A stretch of 64,000 nt of DNA from the human T2T-CHM13v2.0 reference genome, Homo sapiens. Shown one piece after another: positions 14,751 through 29,739 of the stretch. The DNA lies in the NCBI RefSeq assembly GCF_009914755.1, contig NC_060933.1; one strand, written 5' to 3'. The notes beneath the pieces were generated by a model. That model did no database searches, was not told the DNA's origin, and worked only from the letters and a program-made list of their open reading frames with translations. The stretch's first letter is position 1. Each line of letters opens with the position of its first letter. The position numbers and the translations under genes were made by a program.

Positions 14751-16629
14751 AATGGAACGGAATGCAATGGAATGGAATCATCCGGAATGGAATGGAATGG
14801 AATGGAATGAAATCAACACGAGTGCAATGGAATGGAGTGGAATGGAATGGAATGGAATGGAACAACCCGAATGGAATGGAATGGAATGGAGAGTAAGCGA
14901 GTTGAAAAGAATCAATCCGAATGGAATGGAATGGAATGGAACGGAATGGAATGGAATGGAATGGAATGGAATGGAATGCAATGGAATGGAATCAACCCGA
15001 GTACAATGGAATGGAATGGAATGGAATGGAATGGAAAGGAATGGAATGGAATGGAATGCAATGGAATGGAATCTTCCGGAATGGAATGGAATGGAATGGA
15101 ATGGAATGGAATGGAATGGAATGCAATGGATTCAACTCGATTGCAATGGAATGGAATAGAATGGAATGGAAAGGAATGGAATGGAATTAATCCGAATAGA
15201 ATGGAATGGAATGGAATGGAATTAAACCGAATAGAATGGAATGGAATGGAATGGAACGGAACAGAACGGAACGGAACGGAACGGAACGGAACGGAGTGGA
15301 ATGGAATGGAATGGAATTGTACGGAATGGAATGGAATGGTAAGGAATAGAATGGAATGGAAAGAATTGGAATGGAATGGTATCGAATGGAATGGAATGTA
15401 ATGGAATGGAATCAACCCGAGTGCAGGGGAATGTAATGGAACGGAATGCAATGGAATGGAATCATCCGGAATGGAATGGAATGGAACGGAATGTAATGGA
15501 ATGGAATCAACCCGAGCGCAATGGAATGCAGTGGAATGGAATGGAATGGAATGGAATAACCCGAATGGAATGGAATGTAATGGAGAGTAAGGGAGTTGAA
15601 TAGAATCAATCCGAATGTAATGGAATGGAACGGAATGGAATGGAATGGAATGGAATGGAATGGAATGGAATGGAATGCAATGGAATGGAATCAACCCGAG
15701 TACAATGGAACGGAATGGAATGGAATGGAATGGAATGGAATGGAATGGAATGGAATGGAATGGAATGGAATGGAATCAACCCGAGTGCAATGGAATGGAG
15801 AGGAATGGAATGGAATGGAATGGAAACTACCCGAATGGAATGGAATGTAATGGAGTGTAAGGGAATTGAATAGAATCAATCCGAATGGAATGGAATGGAA
15901 TGGAACGGAATGTAATGGAATGGAATGGAATGGAATCAACCCGAGTGCAGGGGAATGGAATGGAATGGAATGCAATGGAATGGAATCATCCGGAATGGAA
16001 TGGAATGGAATGCAATGGAATGGAATGGAATGGAATCAACCCGAGTGCAATGGAATGGAGTGAAATGGAATGGAATGGAATGGAGACAACCAGAATGGAT
16101 TGGAATATAATGGAATGTAAGGGAATTGAATAGAATCAATCTGAATGTAATGAAATGGAATGGAAGGGAATGGAATGGAATGGAATGGAATGCAATGGAA
16201 TGGAATCAAACCGAGTGCAATCGAATGTAATCGAATGCAATGGAATGCAATGGAATGGATTCAACTTGAATGGAATGGAAAGAATGGAATCAACACGAGT
16301 GGAATGGCATGGATTGGAATGGGATGGAATGGAATCAACCCGAGTACAGGGGAATGGAATGGAATGGAATGCAATGGAATGGAATCATCCGTAATGGAAT
16401 GGAAAGGAATGGAATGGAATGGAATGGAATGGAATGGAATGGAATGGAATGGAATGCAATGGAATCAACTCGATTGCAATCGAATGGAATGGAATGGAAT
16501 TAACCCGAATAGAATGGAATGGAATGGAATGGAACGGAACGGAACGGAATGGAATGGAATGGAATGGAATGGAATGGAATGGAACGGAAAGGAATGGAAT
16601 GGAATGGAATGGAATGGAATGGAATGGAA

Positions 16630-19450
16630 TGGAATGGAATCAACGCGAGTGCAGGGGAATGGAATGGAATGGAATGCACTGGAATGGAATCTTCCGGAAT
16701 GGAATGGAATTGAATGGAATGGAATGGAATGGAATGGAATAAACCCGAGTGCAATGGAATGGAGTGGAATGGAATGGAATGGAATGGAACATCCCGAATG
16801 GAATGGAATGTAATGGAGACTAAGGGAGTTGAATAGAATCAATCCGAATGTAATGGAATGGAATGGAATGGAAGGGAATGGAATTGAATGGAATGGAATG
16901 CAATAGAATGGAATCAACCCGAGTGCAATGGAATGGAGAGGAATGGAATGGAATGGAATGGAAACTACCCGAATGGAATGGAATGTAATGGAGTGTAAGG
17001 GAATTGAATAGAATCAATCCGAATGTAATGGATTGGAAAGGAACGGAATGGAATGTAATGGAATGGAATGCAATGGAATGCAATGGAATGGAATCAACCC
17101 GTGTGCAATCGAATGGAATCGAATGGAATGGAATGCAATCGAATGGATTCAACTTGAATGGAATGGAAAGAATGGAATCAACACGAGTGGAAGGGCATGG
17201 ATTGGAATGCAATGGAATGGAATCAACCCAAGTACAGGGGAATGGAATGGAATGGAATGCAATGGAATGGAATGGAATGGAATGGAATGGAACGGAATCA
17301 ACACGATTGCAATCGAATGGAATGGAATGGAATTAACCCGAATAGAATGGAATGGAATGGAATGCAACGGAACGGAATGGAATGGAATGGAATGGAATGG
17401 AATGGAACGGAACGGAACGGAACGGAACGGAATGGAATGGAATGGAATGGAATGGAATGGAATCAACGCGAGTGCAGGGAGATGGAATGGAATGGAATGC
17501 AATGGAATGGAATCTTCCGGAATGGAATGGAATGGAATGGAATGGAATGAAATGCAATAGATTCAACTCGATTGCAATGGAATGGAATAGAATGGAATGG
17601 AATGGAATGGAATGGAATTAACCCGAATAGAATGGAATGGAATGGAATGGAACGGAATGGAACGGAATGGAATGGAATGGAATGGCATGGAATGGAATGG
17701 TATGGAATGGAATGGAATGGTACGGAATAGAATGGAATGGAACGAATTGTAATAGAATGGAATTGAATGGAATGGAATGGAATGGAATGGAATCAACGCG
17801 AGTGCAGGGGAATGTAATGGAACGGAATGCAATGGAATGGAATCATCCGGAATGGAATGGAATGGAATGGAATGGAATGGAATGGAATGGAATGGAATCA
17901 ACCCGAGTGCAATGGAATGGAGTGGAATGGAATGCAATGGAATGGAACAACCCGAATGGAATGGAATGTAATGGAGAGTAAGGGAGTTGAATAGAATCAA
18001 TCCGAATGTAATGGAATGGAATGCAACGGAATGGAATGGAATGGAATGGAATGGAATAGAATGGAATAGAATGGAATGCAAAGGAATGGAATCAACCCGA
18101 GTGGAATGGCATGGAATGGAATGCAATGGAATAGAATGGAATGGAATCAACTCGAGTGGAAAGGAATGGAATGGAATGGAAAGGAATGGAATGAAATCAA
18201 CTCGAGTGGAATGGAATGGAATGGAATAGATTGGAATGGATTGCAACGGAATGAAATGGAATGGAATGGAATGGAATCAATCATTCCGAGTGGAATGGAA
18301 GGGAATGTAATGGAGTGGAATGAAGGGAATGGAATCAACCCGAGTGGAATGCAAGGCAATGGAATGGAATGGAAAGGAATGGAATGGAATCAACTCGATT
18401 GCAATGGAATGGAATGGAATGGAATGGAATGGAATGGAATGGAATTAACCGGAATAGAATGGAATGCAATGGAATGGAACGGAATGGAATGGAATGGAAG
18501 GTAATGGAATCAACACGAGTGCAGGGGAATGGAATGGAATGGAATGCAATGGAATGGAATCATCCGGAATGGAATGGAATGGAATGGAATCAACTCCATT
18601 GCAATGGAATGGAATGGAATGGAATGGAATAGAATGGAATGGAATTAACCCGAATAGAATGGAATGCAATAGAATGGAATGGAACGGAACCGAATGGAGT
18701 GGAATGGAATGCAATGGAATCAACCTGACTGCAGGGGAATGGAATGGAATGGAATGCAATGGAATGGAATCATCCGGAATGGAATAGAATGGAATGGAAT
18801 GGAATCAAACCGAGTGCAATGGTATGGAGTGAAATGGAATGGAATGGAATGGAAACAACCAGAATGGATTGGAATATAATGGAGTGTAAGGGAATTGAAT
18901 AGAATCAATCTGAATGTAATGAAATGGAATCGAACGGAATGGAATGGAATGGAATGGAATCGAATGGAATGGAATGGAATGGAATCAACCCGAGTGCAAT
19001 GGAATGGATTCGAATGGAATGGAATGGAGTGGATTGGATTCTACCCGAATGGAATGGAAAGGAATGGAATCAACCCGAGTGGAATGGCATGGAATGGAAT
19101 GGAATGGAATGGAATGGAATGGAATGGTTCGGAATAGAATGGATTGGAACAAAATGGAATGGAATGGAATGGAATGGAATGGAATGGAATGGAATAGAAT
19201 GGAATGGAATGGAATCAAGTCGATTGCAATGGAATAGAATGGAATGGAATGGAACGGATTGGAATGGAATGGTATGGAGTGGAATGGAATGGAATTAAAT
19301 GGAATGGAATGGAATGGAATCAACCCGAGTGCAGGGGAAAGGAATGGAATGGAATGGAATGGAATGGAATGGAATGGAATGGAATCAACCCGAGTGGAAT
19401 GGCATGGAATGGAATGCAATGGAATGGAATGGAATGGAATCAACTCTAGT
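16630..19450 (+). repeat. Dispersed direct repeat block, copy 2 of ~4150-7000
   Basis: Same ordered set of rare variants as 4150-7000. Confidence 0.8.
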
Positions 19451-22400
19451 GGAACGGAACGGAATGGAATGGAATGGAATGGAACGGAAAGGAATGGAAT
19501 TGAATGGAATGGAATGGAATGGAATGGAATGGAATCAACACGAGTGCAGGGGAATGGAATGTAATGGAATGTAATGGAATGGAATCTTCCGGAATGGAAT
19601 GGAATGGAATGGAATCAACCCGAGTGCAATGGAATGGAGTGGAATGGAATGGAATGGAATGGAACAACCCGAATGGAATCGAATGTAATGGAGAGTAAGG
19701 GAGTTGAATAGAATCAATCCGAATGTAATGGAATGGAATGGAACGGAATGGAATTGAATGGAATGGAATGGAATGGAATGGAGAGTTAGGGAGTTGAATA
19801 AAATCAATCCGAATGTAATGGAATGGAATGGAATGGAATGGAATGGAATTGAAAGGAATGGAATGGAATGCAATGGAATGGAATCAACCCGAGTACAATG
19901 GAACGGAATGTAATGTAATGCAATGTAATGGAATGGAATGGAATGGAATGGAATCAACCCGAGTGCAATGGAATGGAGAGGAATGGAATGGAATGGAAAG
20001 GAAACTACCCGAATGGAATGGAATGTAATGGAGTGTAAGGGAATTGAATAGAATCAATCCGAATGGAATGGAATGGAATGGAACGGAATGTAATGTAATG
20101 GAATGGAATGGAATCAACCCGAGTGCAGGGGAATGGAATGGAAAGTAATGCAATGGAATGGAATCATCCGGAATGGAATGGAATGGAATGAAATGGAATG
20201 GAATAGAATGGAATCAACCCGAGAGAAATGGAATGGAGTGAAATGGAATGGAATGGAATGGAAACAACCAGAATGGATTGGAATATAATGGAGTGTAAGG
20301 GAATTGAATAGAATCAATCTGAATGTAATGAAATGGAATGGAACGGAATGGAATGGAATGGAATGGAATGGAATGGAATGGAATGGAATGCAATGGAATG
20401 GAATCAACCCGAGTGCAATCGAATGGAATCGAATGGAATGGAATGCAATGGAATGGATTCAACTTGAATGGAATGGAAAGAATGGAATCAACACGAGTGG
20501 AATGGCATGGATTGGAATGGAATGGAATGGAATCAACCCGAGTACAGGGGAATGGAATGGAATGGAATGCAATGGAATGGAATCATCCGTAATGGAATGG
20601 AAAGGAATGGAATGGAACGGAATGGAATGGAATGGAATGGAATTGAATCAACTCGATTGCAATAGAATGGAATGGAATGCAATTAACCCGAATAGAATGG
20701 AATGGAATGGAATAGAACGGAACGGAATGGAATGGAATGGAATGGAATGGAACGGAACGGAATGGAATGGAATGGAATGGAATGGAATCAACGCGAGTGC
20801 AGGGGAATGGAATGGAATGGAATGCAATTTAATGGAATCTTCCGGAATGGAATGGAATGGAATGGAATGAAATGCAATGGATTCAACTCGATTGCAATGG
20901 AATGGAATAGAATGGATTGGAATGGAATGGAATGGAATTAATCCGAATAGAATGGAATGGAACGGAATGGAATGGAATGGAATGGAATGGAATGGTATGG
21001 AATGGAATGGAATGGTACGGAATAGAATGGAATGGAGCGAATTGTAATGGAATGGAATTGAATGGAATGGAATGGAATGGAATGGAATCAACGCGAGTGC
21101 AGGGGAATGTAATGGAACGTAATGCAATGGAATGGAATCATCCGGAATGGAATGGAATGGAATGGAATGGAATGGAATGGAATCAACCGGAGTGCAATGG
21201 AATGGAGTGTAATGGAATGGAATAGAATGGAACAACCCGAATGGAATGGAATGTAATGGAGAGTAAGGGAGTTGAATAGAATCAATCCGAATGTAATGGA
21301 ATGGAATGCAACGGAATGGAATGGAATGGAATGGAATGGAATGCAATGGAATGGAATCAACGTGAGTACAATGGAATGGAATGGAATGGAATGGAATGGA
21401 ATGGAATGGAATGGAATTGAATGGAATGATACGGAATGGAATGGAATGGAACGAAATGGAATGGAATGGAATGGAATGGAATGGAATGGAATGGAATGGA
21501 ATGGAATCGTTCCGAGTGGAATAGGAGGGAATGTATTCGAGTGGAATGGAAAGGAATGGAAGCAACCAGAGTGGAATGGAAGGGAATGGAATGGAATGGA
21601 AACTAATAGAATGGAATCAACCCGAGTGGAATGGAATGGAAAGGACTGGAATGGAATGGAATGGAATGGAATCAACTCGATTGTAATGGAATGGAATGGA
21701 ATGGAATTAACACGAATACAATGGAATGGAACGGAATGGAGTGGAATGGAATGGAATCAACCCGAGTGCAGGGGAATGGAATGGAATGCAATGCAATGGA
21801 ATGGAATCATCCGTAATGGAATGGAATGGAATGCAAAGCAATGGAATCAATTCGATTGCAAAGGAATGGAAAGGAATGGAAAGGAATACATTGGAATCAA
21901 CCCGAGTGGAATGGAATGGAAAGGACTGGAATGGAGTGGAATGGAATGGAATGGAATGGAATGGAATGGAATGGAATCAAATTGATTGGAATGGAATGGA
22001 ATGGAATGGAATGGAATGGAATGGAATGGAATGGAATTAACCCGAATAGAAAGGAATGGAATGGAATGGAACGGAACGGAATGGAATGGAATGGAATGGA
22101 ATGGATTGGAATGGAATGGAATCAACCCGAGTGCAATGGAATGGAGAGGAATGGAATGGAATGGAATGGAAACTACCCGAATGGAATGGAATGTAATGGA
22201 TTGTAAGGGAATTGAAAAAAATCAATCCGAATGTAATGGAATGGAATGGAACGGAATGGAATGGAATGGAATGGAATGGAATGCAATGGAATGGAATCAA
22301 CCCGAGTGCAATCGAATGGAATCGAATGGAATGGAGTGCAATGGAATGGATTCAACTTGAATGGAATGGAAAGAATGGAATCAACACGAGTGGAAGGGCA

Positions 22401-25400
22401 TGGATTGGAATGCAATGGAATGGAATCAACCGGAGTACAGGGGAATGGAATGGAATGGAATGCAATAGAATGGAATCATCCGTAATGGAATGGAAAGGAA
22501 TGGAATGGAATGGAATGGAATGGAATGGATTGGAATCAACACGATTGCAATCGAATGGAATGGTATGGAATTAACCCGAATAGAATGGAATGGAATGGAA
22601 TGGAACGGAACGGAATGGAATGGAATGGAATGGAATGGAATGGAATGGAACGGAACGGAACGGAATGGAATGGAATGGAATGGAATGGAATGGAATGGAA
22701 TCAACGCGAGTGCAGGGGAATGGAATGGAATGGAATGCAATGGAATGGAATCTTCCGGAATGGAATGGAATGGAATGGAATGGAATTAACCCGAATAGAA
22801 TGGAATGGAATGGAATGGAACGGAATGGAACGGAATGGAATGGAATGGAATGGAATGGAATGGAATGGTAGGGAATGGAATGGAATGGTACGGAATAGAA
22901 TGGAATGGAACGAATTGTAATGGAATGGAATTTAATGGAATGGAATGGAATGGAATGGAATCAACGCGAGTGCAGGGGAATGGAATGGAATGGAATGCAA
23001 TGGAATGGAATCATCCGGAATGGAATGGAATGGAATGGAATCAACTCCATTGCAATGGAATGGAATGGAATTGAATGGAATAGAATTGAATGGAATTAAC
23101 CCGAATAGAATGGAATGCAATAGAATGGAATGCAACGGAACCGAATGGAGTGGAATGGAATGGAATGGAATCAACCCGAGTACAGGGGAATGGAATGGAA
23201 TGGAATGCAATGGAATGGAGTCATTCGTAATGGAATGGAAAGGAATGGAATGGAATGGAATGGAATGGAATGGAATGGAATGGAATGGAATCAACCCGAG
23301 TGCAGGGGAATGGAATGGAATGGAATGGAATGGAATGGAATCATCCGGAACGGAATGGAATGGAATGGAATGGAATCAACTCGATTGCAATGGAATTTAA
23401 TGGAATGGAATGGAATGGAATGGAATGGAATTCACCCGAATAGAATGGAATGGAATGGAATGGAAAGGAATGGAAGGGAAAGAAATGGAATGTAATCAAC
23501 CCGAGTGCAGGGGAATGGAATGGAATGGAATGCAATGGAATGGAATCATCCGGAATGGAATGGAATGGAATGGAATGGAATGGAATGGAATGGAATGGAA
23601 TGGTATCAACCCGAGTGCAGGGGAATGTAATGGAACGGAATGCAATGGAATGGAGTCATCCGGAATGGAATGGAATGGAATGGAATGGAATGGAATGGAA
23701 TGGAATCAACCCGAGTGCAATGGAATGGAGTGGAATGGAATGGAATGGAATGGAACAACCCGAATGGAATGGAATGTAATAGAGGGTAAGGGAGTTGAAT
23801 AGAATCAATCCGAATGTAATGGAATGGAATGCAACGGAATGGAATGGAATGGAATGCAATGGAATGGAATGGAATGGAATGCAAAGGAATGGAATCAACC
23901 CGAGTGGAATGGCATGGAATGGATTGCAATGGATTGGAATGGAATGGAATCAACTCGAGTGGAAAGGAATGGAATGGAATGGAAAGGAATGGAATGAAGT
24001 CAACTCGAGTGGAATGGAATGGAATGGAATGGATTGGAATGGATTGCAATGGAATGAAATGGAATGGAATGGAATGGAATCAATCATTCCGAGTGGAATG
24101 GAAGGGAATGTAATGGAGTGGAAAGAAGGGAATGGAATCAACCCGAGTGGAATGCAAGGCAATGGAATGGAATGGAAAGGAATGGAATGGAATCAACTCG
24201 ATTGCAATGGAATGGAATGGAATGGAATGGAATGGAATGGAATAAACCGGAATAGAATGGAATGGAATGGAATGGAACGGAATGGAATGGAATGGAAGGG
24301 AATGGAATCAACACGAGTGCAGGGGAATGGAATGGAATGGAATGCAATGGAATGGAATCATCCGGAATGGAATGGAATGGAATGGAATCAACTCCATTGC
24401 AATGGAATGGAATGGAATGGAATGGAATGGAATGGAATGGAATGGAATGGAATGGAATCAACTCGATGGCAATCGAATGGAATGGAATGGAATTAACCCG
24501 AATAGAATGGAATGGAATGGAATTGAACGGAACGGAATGGAATGGAATGGAATGGAATGGAATGGAACGGAACGGAATGGAATGGAATGGAATGGAATGG
24601 AATCAACGCGAGTGCAGGGGAATGGAATGGAATGGAATGTAATGGAATTGAATCTTCCGGAATGGAATGGAATGGAATGGAATGGAATGAAAGGTAATTG
24701 ATTCAACTCGATTGCAATGGAATGGAATAGAATGGAATGGAATGGAATGGAATGGAATGGAATGGAATGGAATCAACTCGATGGCAATCGAATGGAATGG
24801 AATGGAATTAACCCGAATAGAATGGAATGGATTGGAATGGAACGGAACGGAATGGAATGGAATGGAATGGAATGGAATGGAATCAGCGCAAGTGCAGGGG
24901 AATGGAATGTAATGGAATGCAATGGAATGGAATCTTCCGGAACGGAATGGAATGTAATGGAATCAACCCGAGTGCAATTGAATGGAGTGGAATGGAATGG
25001 AATGGAATGGAACAACCCGAATGGAATGGAATGTAATGGAGAGTAAGGGAGTTGAATAGAATCAATCCGAATGTAATGGAATGGAAAGGAACGGAATTGA
25101 ATTGAATGGAATGGAATGGAATGCAATGGAATGGAATCAACCCGAGTGCAATCGAATGGAATCGAATGGAATGGAATGCAATGGAATGGATTCAACTAGA
25201 ATGGAATGGAAAGAATGGAATCAACACGAGTGGAAGGGCATGGATTGGAATGGAATGGAATGGAATCAACCCGAGTACAGGGGAATGGAATGGAATGGAA
25301 TGCAATGGAATGGAATCATCCGTAATGGAATGGAAAGGAATGGAATGGAATGGAATGGAATGGAATGGAATGGAATGGAATGGAATCTACTCGATTGCCA

Positions 25401-28400
25401 TCGAATGGAATGGAATGGAATTAACCCGAATAGAATGGAATGGAATGGAATGGAACGGAAAGGAACGGAATGGAATGGAATGGAATGGAATGGAATGGAA
25501 CGGAAAGGAAGGGAATGGAATGGAATCGAATGGAATAGAATGGAATCAACGCGAGTGCAGGGGAATGGAATGGAATGGAATGCAATGGAATGCAATCTTC
25601 CGGAATGGAATGGAATGGAATGGAATGGAATGGAATCAACCCGAGTCCGATGGAATGGAGTGGAATGGAATGGAATGGAATGGAACAACCCGAATGGAAT
25701 GGAATGTAATGGAGAGTAAGGGAGTTGAATAGAATCAATCCGAATGGAATGGAATGGAATGGAACGGAATGGAATGGAATGGAATGGAATGGAATGCAAT
25801 GGAATGAAATCAACCCGAGTGAAATCGAATGGAATCGAATGGAATGGAATGCAATGGAATGGATTCAACTTGAACGGAATGGAAAGAATGGAATCAACAC
25901 GAGTGGAAGGGCATGGATTGGAATGCAATGGAATGGAATCAACCCGAGTACAGGGGAATGGAATGGAATGGAATGCAATGGAATGGACTTATCCATAATA
26001 GAATGGAAAGGAATGGAATGGAATGGAATGGAATGGAATGGAATGGAATGGAATGGAATCAACACGATTGTAATCGAATGGAATGGAATGGAATTAACCC
26101 GAATAGAATGGAATGGAATGGAATGGAACGGAACGGAACGGAATGGAATGGAATGGAATGGAATGGAATGGAACGGAACGGAACGGAACGGAACGGAATG
26201 GAATGGAATGGAATGGAATGGAATGGAATCAACGCGAGTGCAGGGGAATGGAATGGAATGGAATGCAATGGAATGGAATCTTCCAGAATGGAATGGAATG
26301 GAATGGAATGGAATGGAATGGAATGGAATGAAATGCAATGGATTCAACTCGATTGCAATGGAATGGAATAGAATGGAATGGAATGGAATGGAATGGAATG
26401 GAATTAACCCGAATAGAATGGAATGGAATGGAATGGAATTAACCCGAATAGAATGGAATGGAATGTAATTGAACGGAATGGAAGGCAATGGAATGGAATG
26501 GAATGGAATGGAATGGAATCAACCCGACTGCAGGGGAATGGAATGGAATGTAATGGAATGCAATGGAATGGAATCTTCCGGAATGGAATGGAATGTAATG
26601 GAATCAACCCGAGTGCAATGGAATGGAGTGGAATGGAATGGAATGGAATGGAACAACCCGAATGGAATGGAATGTAATGGAGAGTAAGGGAGTTGAATAG
26701 AATCAATCCGAATGTAATGGAATGGAATGGAACGGAATGGAATTGAATGGAATGGAATGCAATGGAATGGAATGAACCCGAGTACAATGGAATGGAATGG
26801 AATGGAATGGAATGGAATTGAATGGAATGGAATGGAGTGGAATTGAATGGAATGGAATGGCTTCAAACCGAATGGAATGGAAAGGAATGGAATCAACACG
26901 AATGAAATGGAATGGAATGGAATGGAAACAACCAGAATGGATTGGAATATAATGGAGTGTAAGGGAATTGAATAGAATCAATCTGAATGTAATGAAATGG
27001 AATGGAACGGAATGGAATGGAATGGAATGGAATGGAATGCAATGGAATGGAATCAACCCGAGTGAAATCGAATGGAATCGAATGGAATGGAATGCAATGG
27101 AATGGATTCAACTTGAATGGAATGGAAAGAATGGAATCAACACGAGTGGAATGGCATGGATTGGAATGGAATGGAATGGAGTCAACCCGAGTACAGGGGA
27201 ATGGAATGGAATGGAATGCAATGGAATGGAATCATCCGTAATGGAATGGAAAGGAATGGAATGGAATGGAATGGAATGGAATGGAATGGAATGGAATCAA
27301 CTCGATTGTAATCGAATGGAATGGAATGGAATTAACCCCAATAGAATGGAATGGAATGGAATGGAACATAACGGAATGGAAGGGAATGGAATGGAATGGA
27401 ATGCAATGGAACGGAAAGGAATGGAATGGAATGGAATGGAATGGAATGGAATGGATTCAATGCGAGTGCAGGGGAATGGAATGGAATGGAATGCAATGGA
27501 ATGGAATCTTCCGGAATGCATTGGAACGGAATGGAATGGAATGCAATGGATTCAACTCGATTGCAAAGGAGTGGAATAGAATGGAATGGAATGGAATGGA
27601 ATTAACCCGAATAGAATGGAATGGAATGGAATGGAACGGAACGGAACGGAACGGAACGGAATGGAATGGAATGGAATGGCATGGAATGGAATGGAATTGT
27701 ATGGAATGGAATGGAATGGTACGGAATAGAATGGAATGGAAAGAATTGGAATGGAATGGAATCGAATGGAATGATATGGAATGGAATGGAATGGAATGGA
27801 ATCAACCCGAGTGCAGGCGAATGTAATGGAACGGAATGCAATGGAATGGAATCATCCGGAATGGAATGGAATGGAATGGAATGGAATGGAATGGAATCAA
27901 CCCGAGTGCAATGCAATGGAGTGGAATGGAATGGAATGGAATGGAACAGCACGAATGGAATGGAATGTAATGGAGAGTAAGGGAGTTGAATAGAATCAAC
28001 CCGAATGTAATGGAATGGAATGGAACGGAATGGAATGGAATGGAATGCAATGGAATGGAACCAACCCGAGTACAAAGGAGAGGAATGGAATGGAATGGAA
28101 TGGAATGCAATGTAATGGAATCAACGCGAGTGCAATCGAATGGAATCGAATGGAATGGAATGCAATGGAATGGATTCAACTTGAATGGAATGGAAAGAAT
28201 GGAATCAACACGAGTGGAATCACATGGAATGGAATGGAATGGAATGGAATCAACCCGAGTACAGGAGAATGGAATGGAATGGAATGCAATAGAATGGAAT
28301 CATCAGTAATGGAATGGAAAGGAATGGAATGGAATGGAATGGAATGAACTCGATTGCAATCGAATGGAATGGAATGGAATTAACCCGAATAGAATGGAAT

Positions 28401-29661
28401 GGAATGGAATGGAACGGAACGGAATGGAATGGAATGGAATGGAATGGAACGGAACGGAACGGAATGGAATGGCATGGAATGGAATGGAATGGAATGGAAT
28501 CAACGCGAGTGCAGGGGAATGGAATGGAATGGAATGGAATGGAATGCAACGGAATGGAATCTTCCGGAATGGAATGGAATGGAATGGAATGGAATGGAAT
28601 GCAATGGATTCAACTCGATTGCAATGGAATGGAATAGAATGGAATGGAATGGAATGGAATGGAATTAACCCTAATAGAATGGAATGGAATTGAATGGAAT
28701 GGAACGGAATAGAACGGAATGGAAAGGAATGGAATGGAATGGAATGGAATGGAATGCTATGGAATGGAATGGAATGGTACGGAATAGAATGGAATGGAAC
28801 GAATTGGAATGGAATGGAATCGAATGGAATGGAATGGAATGGAATGGAATCAACGCGATTGCAGGGGAATGTAATAGAGCGGAATGCAATGGAATGGAAT
28901 CATCCGGAATGGAATGGAATGGAATGGAATGGAATGGAATGCAATGGAACGGAATCAACCCGAGTGCAATGGAATGGAGTGGAATGGAATGGAATGGAAT
29001 GGAATGGAATGGAATGGAATCATCCCGAGTGCAATCGAATGGAATCGAATGGAATGGAATGCAATGGAATGGATTCAACTTGAATGGAATGGAAAGAATG
29101 GAATCAACACAAGTGGAATGGCAGGGATTGCAATGGAATGGAATGGAATAAACCTGATTACAGGGGAATGGAATGGAAAGGAATGGAATGGAATTGAATG
29201 GGATGGAATGGCTTCAAACCGAATGGAATGGAAAGGAATGGAATCAACACGAGTGGAATGGAATGGAATGGAATGGAATGGAATGGAATGGTACGGAATA
29301 GAATGGAATGGAACGAAATGGAATGGAATGGAATGGAATGGAATGGATTGGAATGGAATGGAATGCAATGGAATCGTTCCGAGTGGAATAGGAGGGAATG
29401 TATTCGAGTGAAATGGAAAGGAATGGAATCAACCAGAGTGCAATGGAAGGGAATGGAATGGAATGGAAACTAATAGAATGGAATCAACCCGAGTGGAATG
29501 GAATGGAAAGGACTGGAATGGAATGGAATGGAATGGAATGGAATGGAATGGAGTCAACTCCATTGTAATGGAATGGAATGGAATGGAAAGGAATGGAATG
29601 GAATGCAATGGAATTAACCCGAATACAATGAAAAGGAATGGAATGGAACGGAATGCAAAGC

Positions 29662-29689
29662 AATGGAATCAACTCGGGTTGATTCCATT
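29662..29689. other. Inversion breakpoint / strand-switch junction forming a 28-bp near-perfect palindrome
   Basis: AATGGAATCAAC-TCGG-GTTGATTCCATT: 12-bp perfect inverted arms (29662-29673, 29678-29689) around a 4-nt centre. Strand composition flips abruptly here with no foreign spacer. Confidence 0.95.
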
Positions 29690-29739
29690 CCCTTCTTTCC
29701 ATTCCATTGCATTCCATTCCATTCCGTTCCATTCCATTC

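Larger units (their letters stand above)
1..29676 (+). repeat. Satellite III (HSat3-type) array, left arm, G-rich (GGAAT)n strand on +; runs off the window start
   Basis: Continuous GGAAT pentamers with single-base variants (GCAAT, GTAAT, GGAAC, AGAAT, CGAAT) and frequent CAACCCGAGT / CAACACGAGT / CAACGCGAGT / CAACTCGATT interruptions. CAACCCGAGT in (GGAAT)n is the established satellite III signature. Long pure pentamer runs argue against HSat2. Confidence 0.97.

Noticed and set aside
29662-29689. Junction hairpin as an intrinsic terminator or transposon terminal inverted repeat
   Set aside because: No U-tract, no gene, no target-site duplication and no element body. The palindrome follows automatically from joining two related motifs in opposite orientation.
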